A DNA stretch of 64,000 nucleotides from Tubulanus polymorphus (lineage: Eukaryota > Animalia > Nemertea), in assembly GCF_964204645.1 (NCBI RefSeq), contig NC_134027.1, positions 4,062,485-4,126,484 of the forward strand, written 5' to 3'. Position numbers and translations under genes: made by a program. A model generated the notes under the pieces. The model was not told the origin of the DNA and searched no databases. It saw only the letters and a program-made list of their open reading frames with translations. This document shows positions 25,167-38,800 of the stretch, piece after piece (the stretch's first letter is position 1; each line of letters starts with the position of its first letter).

Positions 25167-26419
25167 TTTTGATGTAACTTGAATTATCTGAGTAAATCAC
25201 CTGTAACTCTATACATGTTAAAATTCGATAGCAATTGTGTAAATATTTTTCAAATTACCTTGAAATATGTGGTAAGCTTTTCTATAAATCTCTAATTGAT
25301 TGAGTCGACATTACTGATCAGCAGGTAGCTATGTAAGATCCTGAAACGTGAATAGTGTACGGAAGTGAACAGACACAACTGTATGGAAATACGGTCAATG
25401 TCGTGATAATAAAGCTTTAAATTCTTTTCTCAAATTATGCACTATGCTCCAAATCATTCATTTCGAATCAGCATTTTAATAAGTATAGGTGGCAGGTATT
25501 ACGATCCGTCCCTGATTATAATGAAATCATGGATCATCACCCCTTTCCAGCCTATCATATTCACCAGAAAGACCTAACTAGAAAGAGGACTATGAACCCC
25601 AGAATCTTACAACGATAGGCCAACAGCCCAGCATTCTAGACGGCACTTACTTGTAACGTTGATGCTAAACACAGTTATTGACAGTCTTATCATCCAAATT
25701 TGCTAGTCGTCAACGGACTTTTGCTCTATAATTCAATGAAGTAAGGATCATCAATCAACTGAAATGAAAGGATATAAATAAAATCATTATTAGTCTTGTG
25801 GAACTACCCCAGAAACTCTCCAGTCAGGAAACTAATGTTTAGGCCTATCAACTCTTTTTATTGTTTCTTATTCTTATCTTTTTTGAAGTCATAATAGACT
25901 ACCACAGACAACCCAAACCACAGCCTAGACCCCTTGGCCAACTAATGATGCGGTTTGAGGTGGCTGTCGATTGATACTTTAATTTGAGGTCAAATTGATT
26001 GATTTGAATTGACGACGCACGTACTATTTCACATGGAATTTTTATCTTTTGAAGCCTAAATATCGAAACTTACCTCTCATCGTTGGCCATCGCTAGTTAT
26101 TCATATTCTCTTATAGAATATATGACGTGAATTACTTAGTGAAACCATGTTGAAAGCTAATACTGCGCTAAGAACTTCGCGAAATTCACACAATTCTAAT
26201 CAGCTGACTGCGATGTTTTTCTACCCGCGACCGGTTGACGACGCAGTGTCGTGTTGTTTATTTCCTTATACAAACATATTGTATTTCAATTATTTTATCA
26301 TTTCGATGGAAAATATACGGCTAATTTATTAATTGAGAGACAAATAAATCAACTTAGGCGGGTATATTGCAAAAAACACGATTTTACGATAACGCTAACG
26401 TAAACGACTTGCCCTCAAC

Positions 26420-26477
26420 AGGTGCTCCACAGGTGCGCGGATAGGTGCTTGCAGGTGCGCGGTTTAAGGTCAAGGTG
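26420..26477 (+). repeat. Subterminal AGGTGC repeats of the transposon right end
   Basis: AGGTGC at 26420, 26431, 26443 and 26453, then AAGGT(G) twice. Confidence 0.7.
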
Positions 26478-26560
26478 AATTCGTTTTTCTATTACGCCTA
26501 CGGTCGTGATGCGTTGTTCTGACGGGTTTAAAAATTTTCGATGTCCAATAAAAACCCCAG

Positions 26561-26663
26561 GATCCTGTTCCACAGTTCTTAGTTAACTCTTTTGTTAAAA
26601 TCGATTCATTTTCAATGAGTGAGCTTTAAGTCAAATCTTAAGTCACAACTGTGGAACTGGGTC
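26561..26663. mobile_element. Short Harbinger-like MITE family 3 (103 bp)
   Basis: Imperfect TIR GATCCTGTTCCACAGTT / AACTGTGGAACTGGGTC; CAG TSD at 26558-26560 and 26664-26666. Confidence 0.75.
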
Positions 26664-29386
26664 CAGAGAAATAGCATATTGTGTATCTAAACGATGTCTC
26701 TACTGATCGCTATGAATGACAGTTGTTTGCGTATAAGGCCCAAGTTTGACTCTGGATGATCCAAAGATCTATTAACTTTTAACGACAGCCATTTAGCCGA
26801 ACGACGATATTCCAGATCATCTTATTCGCTCCCGGAAATGTCATAGTTCTCTATTCACTTTTCACTTGATAGTTTGCCTTATCGTTTCAGTGATTTCTAC
26901 CGGTCCTGTTGGCGGGTATTTCGCTAGTATTTGCTTGTAATGCGAAACTATGTGAAACGCAGCTGAAAAATTCTATTATTCGCCATCAAGATGATACCTG
27001 CTTAAGGCGAAAACATGAACCATTTATGTAATAGTCGATGACGTTGAAAGATCATTGACAGAATTCTTGTATCTGCCCATTATCTTATTCTTGTGTCCCT
27101 TGTGTAAAGTATGATAGGTTTATTGCAACTTATCAGCGACTTATTTGAAAATCAATCATTTGTTGATGGGAACTGCATCAAATATTGGGTCAACTTACCG
27201 AAGTTACTAAATGATTATTGATCACGTATGAAGTATTTTTTCATCGTTACGACATTCTGGCTTATCTTTTTTATTTCGTTGTTGCTCGTCTATTTGTTTA
27301 TGAGATCGCTATTTATCAGGGAAGTGAGTAGTTCAATTCTCGTATAGAAATGGATGGCAGAAATTTAGCATCAGCTGTAATCGTGCGAATGGATGGTGTT
27401 TAGATTCATCAGGGAAGTAGGATAACATTGGCTGCATCGATTTAAAGCCATACATTTACAAACAAATCAACGTTTCATTTGTTCTGACATATTGAAAATA
27501 ACAAATCATCATGAATATTTTATCATCTGTATTTACAGCTGTTCTCATTAATTGAATGTTTATTATTGAAGTCTATATTAAGCCCTTTGTCGCTTCATAT
27601 GTTTGAATTCCACCTTTACGAACTGAACAGTATTGTCTGTATTGACGAAGCCCCATTATCGTTTGATTTTATTTGAATATGGATATCGGCTTGTCTAAAT
27701 ATGTACTTCAATAAGAGATATCGGGTTAAAACATGGATTGAAGTGGTGCTGCGATTGGGCTACCCGCTCTATCTACTGTTTAATGTTGAGATATTTTGCA
27801 CTCGCGTTAGTTGTTGTGAAAGCACTTGTTATTCGCGGCTTATTACAGGAAAACTTCACTCTGTACTGACAGGTTATACCTGCGAGATTAGTTCTAAGTC
27901 AGTTCTCGATAAGTCAATATTGATTCAACGAACATCGAAAGTGATCGCAATAAGTTTAAGTGCAACCTGTGAATCTTCTCGAGAAAGTCTTATATCCATA
28001 TACGATTTTTTCAAAAGATATTTCTGATAGTATGCTTACGTTCTTTTTCCTTATATCTATATCTTTCGACGTTTTCATAAAAGTTTTCTATCTGGAACTT
28101 TCGGATAGAAAACATTCTGCGTTAGCCCCCACCGTATTGTAAACATCGTTTATTTGCTTTGAACGCATAATAACACAAAGGTTCGATAAAAACTGAACTT
28201 CATAATCAAGATTTGCTGAAGTTTCTGTAAAGCCTCAGTTCAAACCATTAGTCATCTAGATGATTATCTCATTGATGTTTTCATCAGTTTCGTTCCTTGA
28301 TTCTTTCATCAGATTCAACTTCATTTGTTGCTGCAGCTTTTAATTGTCAATGCTGCGAGGTTAACACGGTGATTAGATATTAGCCGTTATCAGTCCTTAT
28401 CTCATTCATCTTCATCATTAAATTTCATTTTGAATGATCCCCAACTGTGTTTTTGAGTTAGTGAGCCCTTTATCAAGTGAATCATCTCTTTTGAGTTCAT
28501 GATTGTTTTTGTGGTCAGTGCAAATGAACTCGGAACCACAAGATACAAATCGATAATTTTTGCCATTAAACTTGAAATCTGTGATCGAAAGTTTTCTGGT
28601 GATTTTCCAATTACTTTCGTTTGAATGAGATCGTGATTTCTGTCGGTTTGTTGCGATTACTATCAATCGATGTTTGAAGTATTTTAATGATATCGGTAAT
28701 TCTGACGACGCGAGAATTCTAGAAAACACGATTAAATATGGATAAATCAAGTGGAATGCGTTCGATGGTTATTGTTTTTGTCAAAATAAGTGCTTTATGG
28801 ACGCGACTGTTGAACGCGCCATCATTCTAGTGATTACGTCTTATCACTACTCTTTAATAGCGCAAAACATATTTCCGTTTCACCGAATGAGCCTTGTATT
28901 TATTACGTTAGGATAAACGGGTAGCTTGATATTTTGACTAAGATTTTAGAAGGAAACTAATTACTCTTTGGGGAAATTACTTCAGAAAGAATATGAAACG
29001 GTCCATCTACCGGTGCACCTTTATCATTCATTATTGATGTTGGAAACGCTGAAATAGCACGCGTTGTGGCGTAATGAATTATAGCTTTAATCAGCATTAG
29101 TTTCAAATACCTTATACCAAAGAATCGATGAAATCACCTTGACCCTGGTGTAGATTAGACTGTTACAAACCTATTTGTGCGTTATATAAATCATGATTAA
29201 GGAGCAGTTTTCCGTGTTTTATAACATTGTTGCGAGTTCCTGCGGTAAAACAACGGAAATATTTTGCAGTGTACGTGTTTTCCAAAAACGAGAACTGACG
29301 TGTTTTATAGTGAATATAGAAAACTGAGTTTAGATTATGATGATTTCATCGAAAGAGAGAGAGTTCTTCAATTTATTATTGATTAT

Positions 29387-29702
29387 AGCCACAATCGCCC
29401 AAGCGTTATCGGCCAGGGCCAATCATTCATCCTCGTACCAATAAGTCTGTGCCTGTTTGATACCGGAAAATTTTGGCCCCACCAAAAAGGTAGGACCAGG
29501 CCCGTGCCAAATTCTAGCTGGATTTTCCTATACAAATGCCAACTGGTTCTGGTAGTGACTCACCTCACTTGCCACAGCATCTTTTTATCATTGAGTGAGT
29601 GATTTACATGTGAACGCACTCTCTGATTAAGCACGGGCTTGACTCGGGTCTGATCCGGGCTAGTTTGACCGGGGCCAAAAAGTCTCTGCTTGATCCCCGG
29701 CT
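29387..29702 (+). mobile_element. MITE family 1, degenerate copy
   Basis: AGCC...GGCT ends; GGACCAGGCCCG.GCCAAATT and TGTGAAC.C.CTCTC..ATTA.GCACGGGC shared with 61103-61433. Confidence 0.75.
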
Positions 29703-32700
29703 TAGAAGATATGCGCATTTTCATAGAGAAATTGGCGAGCGTTTCCCAGATATGCGATGTTATTTTTGTGAGTAAGAATATTAATAAATTCTGGCTAATG
29801 CAGCATGATGAAGCATGTAAATTTGAATGCTAGTTTTGACTGATTCATTGTCCTGTGGGATGTGAACGCGGCCGATTAATATCTGCAGCACATGTTGCAT
29901 CTGGCTAATTTCATAACCTGGAACTATCTCAACTGTAAAATTGTGTGTCTCCCACTAAATGGAGGAGTAATGACTGACTCTTCGATAGTAGGTCCGTAAA
30001 TCATCGCAATAACTACGAGTCTTAAAATTGCCAATTGAAAATATAATTCACCGAGGTTTAAAACGTCTTAAACGCGTAGGAGTATCAACTCGCGATCGTT
30101 TCGTCAGAAATCTCCGACTTCAGAAGACGTGGATTTAGAAACTGAAGCCGGCGCCGCGCGGCATGGTTTGATGAACGATGGTTGTTTTCAGACACCGAAG
30201 AAGATTTCAGACATGTCATATAATCATTCAATATAGACAAATAACAACCAATCCCGCTGATATATTATGTATATATCTCTAGATTGCATGAACAATATCA
30301 GTTTTCGTTATCCATTTCTTTAGTTTTTATCATCATCACATAAGATACTAGTGTTACAGTCATACAGCGTGTCAGTGTACGAAAATGTACTACCCGTATT
30401 TCTATTGTCAACAGTCACGAATTATTGGCCAAATTTGAGGTTTTTGCCATGAATCGACTTTTTTTATGAAGGTGACACTTTACTGTAATCAACGTCTGGT
30501 AACATAAGCAATTTGAATAGTGTAGTAATGTGGAGTGAGCCCCCCCAACACCCCCCCCCCCCATGGTATGTCTGTCTGTCAACATGATTGCATTTATCTG
30601 GGTCTTTGAAGTTTGTCTGGAACTTGGTCTCATGTGGTGGTACCTTTATAAACGAAGCACTAGGGTGCATGGATACTGTTACAAAAATTCACCTGTTTTA
30701 CTGTATTGTAGGTCGTGCAATATTAGAGCGATTCGCGCATACAATAAAAGGCAAATACTCACGAACTAGAAGTAGGAAGTGAGAATTCTTCACTTGATAT
30801 GAAGTAGCTATCCCGATGAGGAAACTGCCATATCTAGATATTGACCGAAATATTAGTTGCAGTCTTTGAAACATTCGTAGTGGATGCTGTTATATCTGTT
30901 ATATCAAAAATTCATGCCGACTATGTGAATTTTTGCTTAGGCCTATACTATCTAAGGGGTTTAGGATTATAAGGGAGTGGGTTCACTCTCAGGTACTGTC
31001 GGCTTGATATGAGGTATATGATGAATCAATTTTCATACTGTCTGAACATATTTTAAGTCAAAATCTCTTAGGAAATACTTCAATCAATTTGTTTGTTTTT
31101 CAACAGCAATTTTCGGAAGGGTACTCGGCCGAAATTCCGAAACTCACCCCCTAAATCTATCACCTATTAAAGAAGACAAATTTCATTATTTTCCCTGTTC
31201 AGGTTTAGTAAGATGAGCTACGTAGATGTTTGATCTATGATATCACGTGGAAGAATAAAAACCTTCATCCTACTTCGGTTATAGATGATAAACTAATCTT
31301 AGATTATCCTTAATTTATCATCGTTAATCACCTGATGCAGCGGCGGCAGCAGCAGCAGCTGCAGCTTCCCTCTCGACCGTGACATCAGCAGCATCAATTC
31401 TCACCCAGCGTTGAGTGTCATAAGTTCATCACCGATCTCGATCTAACTGAGGATGACGCGTGTTTCATATATCGCTGTTAATTATTAGGTTTATTATAGG
31501 TTCGATGAATAGATATATTGAAATTGATTTTCTTCATTGTCCTGCACAAGTTATGAATCAGTTTACGATCAGACTGTGCAAGAGATGAATTATTAAGACA
31601 ATGTCTGATATCTTGTTGTTTATTGAGACGAGATCGATTCCCTTTAGATTTTTCCTGGAGTAGTTAAGTGCGTATAGTTCAGATGGCAGCACTGACTGTG
31701 TTACAACGCTTAGTCCTGCTCTGATATGTTCTCGTCTTTTTCTCATGTTTAGCCCCCTATAAACGGTTCTTCAGTTTATGGTTGGCATGTTTTTCTACTG
31801 TTCAAGTATGTTTTTTACCAGCGGTATAATACTTATATGTATTAGTACATACAACAGCGTGATACCGCGGAAACATATGAGATTATATAAATCCAGAGGG
31901 GATAATCAATAGAGATAATGCAGATTAGTAATATTATCGGGTGGATGTCTCTTTATTGATGCGCAGTGTCCGTTCCCAGGCACTCTCAAGCGGCTTACAG
32001 AGAATTTACCGAAAACAAATATCTAGCCAATTTATACAGAATCTAGATGCGGTTGAATCAAGTTCTAGTTCATTGTGTGGATTTCGATCGAATTCTCGTG
32101 AAAAATCGATATAAAAACGGTCGAAAGGTTCGCGTTTTTTTTTTTCGGCTAGATGATCAGAAATAGGTTTTGTGGATCAATAAGCGATCAATACCTGTCA
32201 AACTGTATTGACGTCATGCGCTGTGTCTATTCAATAGTTCACATACATTTGATAGTCACAGTGGGACTGTGTACCAGACACTAACCAATTATTGTAACTA
32301 CGTTATAAGGCTAAAATCCGAAATCACCAACACAATTTGGGGCAATGATTTTCGGCGAACGCGTGGTATTAGATGAAAAGGCCAGACGGCTAAAAATTGA
32401 ATATCAATAACGTCTGATGAATATTATTGATGTGGTTTATATAGGTCTATGTTGTATAGTAAGGTGACGGTTGCTGATCGCGTAGAATATTCCGATTGCG
32501 TAATCTTAATCCCGTCTCATCTCGCAACGCGATGGTTTTTCCGATGTCGATTTAGAGATATCACTAGTACAGAATACGATGAAATTGGTTTTTGTATATT
32601 TGAATCGTCGTCGTTGGTGGCAGTCTCTGTAGGGTTTATTGAGTTGTCGGAATTTATATGATTTATAATATGACCGAATTAGGCGATAAAGCCTGCAACT

Positions 32701-32891
32701 TCATATCCTGAGGGAAAATGAAAAATCTGAAAACCACTTGAGTTTGATAAATAATATTTTTTCAAGCTCATGATGTTACAACTGTATTTCTGCTTATGAA
32801 TGTTATTTTATTGTATATTTTGTGTATATACTGCTTGGGTTATAGTATGAAATTGCGATGACTTAATGTTTTGTCATTTTTAATTTTCTAG

Positions 32892-32919
32892 CTTTCAGAG
32901 GGCCCAGCGTGTCGATGAG
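32892..32919 (+). CDS. Candidate micro-exon of the 13601 gene (SFQRAQRVDE, or 21 nt from the second AG)
   Basis: T-rich tract plus ctAG; donor GAG|GTAGGG; phase-2 entry matches the 16687 donor; GC-rich island in AT-rich surroundings. Confidence 0.35.
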
Positions 32920-35467
32920 GTAGGGTAATGCTAAAATGTTTTTCAAGTTGTAACGTTGTTTTAGGCTGAGCAACATTGCGCTTAGATAGAACACTGAACG
33001 AGGAATTTAGGTTAATTTTGGTGAAGCTTTTTCGAATTAGTTTTGAAAAAAATCATTGACTGTTATTAAAAAGAATGCTGCGAGATGAATAGTTCTGATG
33101 ATTTAGTATAGATGGCAGAATTGTCAATGTTGCTCGAGTCAATGCGTCAATGCGCTATCCAATCTTCCTTCATTTGAACACGCACCATTTTTTATGTCAC
33201 CACATTTTCAAATTTAATCATAATTTCAAATTTTCATGGTGTTTTTAAATGTGTCGTGATTTGAAACATTTTAGCCCTATCTTACATCATTGGCTTCGCA
33301 TTTCTTCAAAATATTTAACAATCAGTATTTTTCACTGCTATAAATATTGGTGACAGATTCGTGCAAATTCTTCTCTGTATTTTACTCATTAATTCCTTCG
33401 ATTTTGTTTATGACTTTCCTTCAATGTTGTATTTTCTCTCATAGAGAGCTCAGATGAATAAAGGGTGATGGGAAATATATCAATGTTGTTTTTCATTTCC
33501 TGCTTTTAGTTTTAGGTCTCGTAGTAACTGATGTATAATTTCCTGACTGCTAAGATATGAGCACTTTAAAATAGATATTCTTTTGCGTTTCATTACATTA
33601 CGATTCTATTAGAATCAAGCTGTTCTCCATCATGTGAGCAGATTTTTTTTGAAGAAGGTAAATGGAACTGACAAGAAACGACGAGATAAATGTGACAGCA
33701 TTCTAGAATAACACTACTGGGAGATAGTTAACCATTCCACGTTATCTGCAGTCAATCCGCTGTTGCATCTCATAGTGGATTTTACCCCGATTGAATACCG
33801 TGCAAAATAAATGAAATCTCAAAATTTCATTCCAAACGACACTGATATATTTTCTGCAATACTCACATCCCTGGAATATGATATGAATAGATAACAATGG
33901 TTTCTATGTGGCCAATTTTTTCTTAGTTCTGTTCATTTACTAAAAATCAGTTTTCCACAGAGAATTAGATGATTATCGGAATTGGATTGATAAGCACAGG
34001 TCATTGTAGCCACAAAACAATTTACAACCCTTATTATATTATGTAGGCCTATGTGTAGTTTACGTGGAAGCAATTTTCCTCATTGGTATTTTTTCGCGTT
34101 GAACACAAACCAGATTTGTATAATTTTGATTGGATGCTATACGCACGTATATCTTGTAAGTACGAAGTCGATATAAAATCTTTTAATTATCCAACTGGAT
34201 TTAGTTAGATATTTACTGCCTAAAATAACTCTCGGATAGAAAAACTTAATTACTTGAATTGGAAGCACCATTTCGGGAGCAGGGAATCCTACACCACTGT
34301 TTCTCAATAGGTTATTCAATTAGTAGATTAGACCAGGGACATTTAAAGTTAGCGATGATTTGTTTCCCCAGAGCTTATTCTGAAATTCCTGTGCAGACAA
34401 ATGAAATCACTTATCACAAACCAGTTGAGTAGAAAACTAGTTTAGCTGCCTGGCTAAACAGGAACAGTGAATGTCTGGTATTATTGTGGTGAATTGATTG
34501 CCACTTTTGGAAACTGCTTAGTAGGCAAAGTCAATTACCGCAAAAATCGATGTAAAAATATCAGTGTTAAGACTTCGATTTTGCTGATGGTTGTTGAAAT
34601 ACTGGAGATTGCTGCACGACAAAATCTCATAATAGAACGGCGAGACCGAACTGGATCAAAATCAGTTATCTTTCTAATTTCTTTATACCTGACCTTTATT
34701 TCGTGCTCATGGACCTTTAGATCTCATTTCCTCTTGGATCATTTTCAGAAAAAAAAATATAGATGTATTACTTTTTGAAGCACTGGACTTTCTGTATGGT
34801 GTAATGGCTAAATGGCATTAATAACAAGAGCTGTGATAAGGACAACTTCTTGTTTGGTATCGTGATGCCAAAATGGGAAAAGAAAATATGCTTTTGGTGA
34901 AAAACTTCATTTCATCTAGCTTGTTACACAAATTACATATTCGCAAGAAGCTTCATAAAATCATGTCAAGTTTTGTTTGTGTCTGGGAGAGTGAAATGTT
35001 TGCTTTTAATCTGTAGCTTCTGCACACATGAATATAGATATGCTACTATGTGAAGGGTTTGTCAAGCATTCATAATCTTCAGATTCAGACCAAGGAGGCA
35101 GGTTTTTCTCGCTAAAATGATGCTGTCATTAGAAGAAGGTGTGCCATCCACCATTTTGGGATTACTGTCGACTGCAATATTCATAGATCCAGATGAATTT
35201 ACTCGGAATCAGAAAGTTCTAATTGTGTTATGGCAGACATGAACTTATAAAAATCCCTTAAGACTTGTAAGTATATTTCTGAAGGATTTGTGGAGTCAGG
35301 GCTTTTATACGAAAGCTATTACAAATGATCAATATCTTATTGAATAGAATCAATACATCAATATATATATGCCCTAATGGGGATTCACTTCCATTAACTG
35401 ATAAAACAAGTTTCTTTATATCCATTTCGAGCAAGCGTTGAAAGTTTAGCTTGTGTTAATTTCAATG

Positions 35468-35810
35468 CTTTTTACCCAAAGGCTTATAGGTCTCGATGGG
35501 TATTGTCATTGTCTGTCCATCCATCTGTCCAAGAAAATACTCTTCTTTCCGAACAGAGTATAGTTCTTGAAGAAGAGTTCATATTTTTGGAAGGTTTATG
35601 CTATAAAGGATTATACGATGCTTATTGATTTTGGCCATTGCCTCATTGAAGATGGCTGACTAGTGGCCATATTTAATTGTTAACGCAATACAAGTTGCAG
35701 TTTTTGAAGTAGAGGTTTTCCCCTCTATCAGAAATATGCTTGATAGCTAAAGTTCCATATCAATTTTGGTAATAGGCCCGTTCAAGATGGCGGACTGGCA
35801 GCCATATAAG
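35468..35810 (+). repeat. Degenerate interspersed repeat with TCCA/TCTG microsatellite head and ~136-bp internal tandem units (Helentron/HINE-like)
   Basis: TTTTTACCC... start followed by GTCTGTCCATCCATCTGTCC. The unit ATTTTGG...AAGATGGC.GACT..(T/C).GCCATA occurs at ~35625 and ~35760. The class is inferred from architecture only. Confidence 0.4.
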
Positions 35811-38800
35811 ATCCTGTCAATTCCTACAGGGTGCAGCGCTAAAAATCGAGCGGTCATGTTTGCATGAAAGATGTCTGTTATGCATTAATTATCAATGATA
35901 TCATTGATTTCTGAGCGGGAGTTGATTTTGGGTTCTAGGCAGGTATTCGATATGTGAATAATTTCTCGTGTTGATTTCGTCGTAAATCTTCGACGCAATT
36001 AAACATTGATTCATCACGAGATTCGTATGATGAAGTTGAGCTTGATGAAGTGTTAATGTTGAAAATGAATTGAATAAGATGTAAGAATATCGAATTTATT
36101 CGTTTTTAAAAAGATCAAGTTTATATCGAGGACAAGTTTAGGATGCTTCGCTGAAAACTCTGGATTCATCGGTGTGCTGAAATATGAAACATCAGGCAAT
36201 ATTGAATGAGGATTATATGCGATAAAGGTCATTTAGAAGAGGCTCGTGGTAGTCTCATGTTTACCTTCGTTTTCAAAACTTCATCTCTGAAAGAGCCCTT
36301 TTATCATCTGTATATCATCGGCCAGAGATTGGATTTCATTCAGCTCTTCCTAATGGATGTATGTAATTCGGAAAGGTATCATCGCATGATTAAACATGAG
36401 GCAATGCTGACTGGGTATATAAGCTCGGTATAAGATTTCTCGACATTTCCCGCAAAAACATCATCTCGTAACTCCTGAGCTCTCAGTCAAACTATGACAC
36501 AAATTACCAGTATGCGTTTCACAAAAATGTCGAAAAAAACATTTTACAATATTCTGTAAATCAAATCCGTCTATGCTTCATGTTGTATGCGTTGATAGCT
36601 ATAAGAGAATCATCCCAATAGACTGGACTGGGTTTGAAGTTGCCTGGTTGGAATATGGAAAGAGAGTCTCAAGAGATGACATTTGCTACCGATTATATAT
36701 TCGCTATTTTGATTGATATGTATGAATAGTCGAGCGAAATGTGTGTATCCCATAAATACTTTTTTTCATATTGCCTATTTCAAGGCCGGTTGGATATTTA
36801 GATCATATTGGATCTTTTTATTAGATAATTTATCATACTTTTGACAAAAACTGTACAGTAGAGACTTTCAAATATGAAGAAACCTGTCTTTCAAGGGATT
36901 TACAGATTTACCATGTGGCAATTCATCATTTCAATGTTATGATATGAGTGTATGTAGCTGGCGACCATTTTCAATTTGTGTATGACATGAACGATGGCAA
37001 GATTTCTGCGTATGAACGAGGTGTTTTTAATTCTTATGACTACAAGAATGAATATCATCACGTCGAAGATTGATGTTATCACTTGTGATGTACTTAATAA
37101 ATATACCTTTCATTTATATCTACTAATTTCGTATTTATATGGTGTCTCGGTGGTCCTTCGTTTTGGTTATCAAAAATTAGGCTAACTATTGACATTTTCT
37201 CATATACTGCCTGATTTGGATTATTCCGAGAGAGATGGTATTTGTAGTTACTGAATCTATGTCGTGAAAATGTCCTGCGATGATAAGAAGAGTCTTTCAT
37301 CTTTACTAATGTTCACAGTGTCATGTGAACGAGACAATCTTCTGTGATCGATGATATACGCAGAGATGTATGAAACAGGGCTAGAGAAAGACTAGGATTG
37401 ATTTCATATAGGGTCTCATCTCTGAAGGATTAGCTGAACAAGTGTTCGATGCGCTTGTCTTGTACAAACAACCGTATGAAAACTGACAGAATATTCTACT
37501 GCCTTTTTCATCCATTGCAAGATCTGTTTCATAAATTCAGTGGCGTTGGGAGTGCAGAGACTGCAGCGGCAATGATTTACTGAATGACGTTTTTTTTTCT
37601 TTGAATACCACATTTTTGAAGAAATTAGGTAAATTCGCCGCGGCAATATTTAGAACCTTAGATGCTGCGGCAATCAAAATTTGATTCCAACGCCTGAGAT
37701 TGATGTTTTTTTCATGCTTCGAGGTATCTATCGAAGCTGAGTATTGTAGGTTCGATCATTGTCAAAACCTAGCGACTCATGAAAATTTGAAACCCATCAC
37801 TATCAACCTTCTTCCAACTGGTCACTTCTTCATACTAATTTTTATCAAATATTTTTACCAAGTGACGAATCTAGCAAAAAGTGATGGTGATCATCCTGCA
37901 ATTTCTGCTTTGCGCTATGTTCTATCGGACAATGATCATTCCCTTCAGAAATCATAAGGCTTCCCAGGGCCTAGTAATGTTTATGGATTATATCCAGGAT
38001 GTGTCAGATGAGCACCGTCTTTCAGAAATCTCTCATATATCCGAAGACAGTACACGGATGGTTCATATGATTTTTTCTGACTATCGACAGAATTACCGAA
38101 CATACGGACGATTCAATTCTATCACCAGAGACAATATATTAGACTGTTACACGAATACATTGAACTGTTCATATAACCATCGCTTCAGGTAATTTGTCAA
38201 GTCATTAATCGATGCTTCTCAGACATCAGACACATTCCTCAAACATCCATCAATTTATAGGACGTAATGTATTCGCGTAGTCGTGTTCAGACATAGCGCT
38301 TCGTGCTAGAATTGACACAATCAGACAGTAATTTAATATCTGAAGATTATTCATTGAGTTTCAACGTTACCAGCATCTGAATCAACTTCAGCTAGAGGAG
38401 AGTTAATATTAACCGGGTATCTTCATGATTCTCTAATTCATTTGATTTCCTTCATCCCAGTGATTTCTATTAGATAAAGCGCGAATACTTGTCTTAAATG
38501 ATGTTTAATCTTATGTTTTAAAGTATTTTATTGCTATTTCGTCTTTTTCACACATTAAGAATCGACCCAGTTAAGCGCGTCTAATTTAGCTCTAGGCTTA
38601 ATGTATATATCGGATGATAAACATTTGACGACATTTTCGTCTCAAGGGTAAATTGATTTAGGGTACGTTGTGACGTTTCAATCTTGTAACAGGAGATTCT
38701 GCGTCAGCGAGAATAAATGAATACGAGAAAGAAGAGATATCCAGTAAATAGCTTTTTCTAGCTTACAGTTGAATTCACCTTGTAGATAGATCGTGTTTCT

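Larger units (their letters stand above)
20605..26508 (+). mobile_element. Full-length DNA transposon, Chapaev-like (CMC/Transib/RAG1-related), 5904 bp
   Basis: Perfect 14-bp TIR CACGACCGTAGGCG (20605-20618) / CGCCTACGGTCGTG (26495-26508); 4-bp TSD ATGC (20601-20604, 26509-26512); encloses an uninterrupted transposase ORF. CAC ends with a 4-bp TSD fit Chapaev rather than Transib (5-bp TSD). Confidence 0.92.

Noticed and set aside
20600-26513. Classification as Transib or ProtoRAG
   Set aside because: The TSD is 4 bp (the 5-bp flanks TATGC and ATGCG differ), the TIR is not CACWRTG, and no RAG2-like ORF is visible.
31335-31425. CAG/GCA-rich stretch that could encode polyQ or polyA
   Set aside because: All plus frames close quickly and there are no convincing flanking splice sites; treated as a simple repeat.
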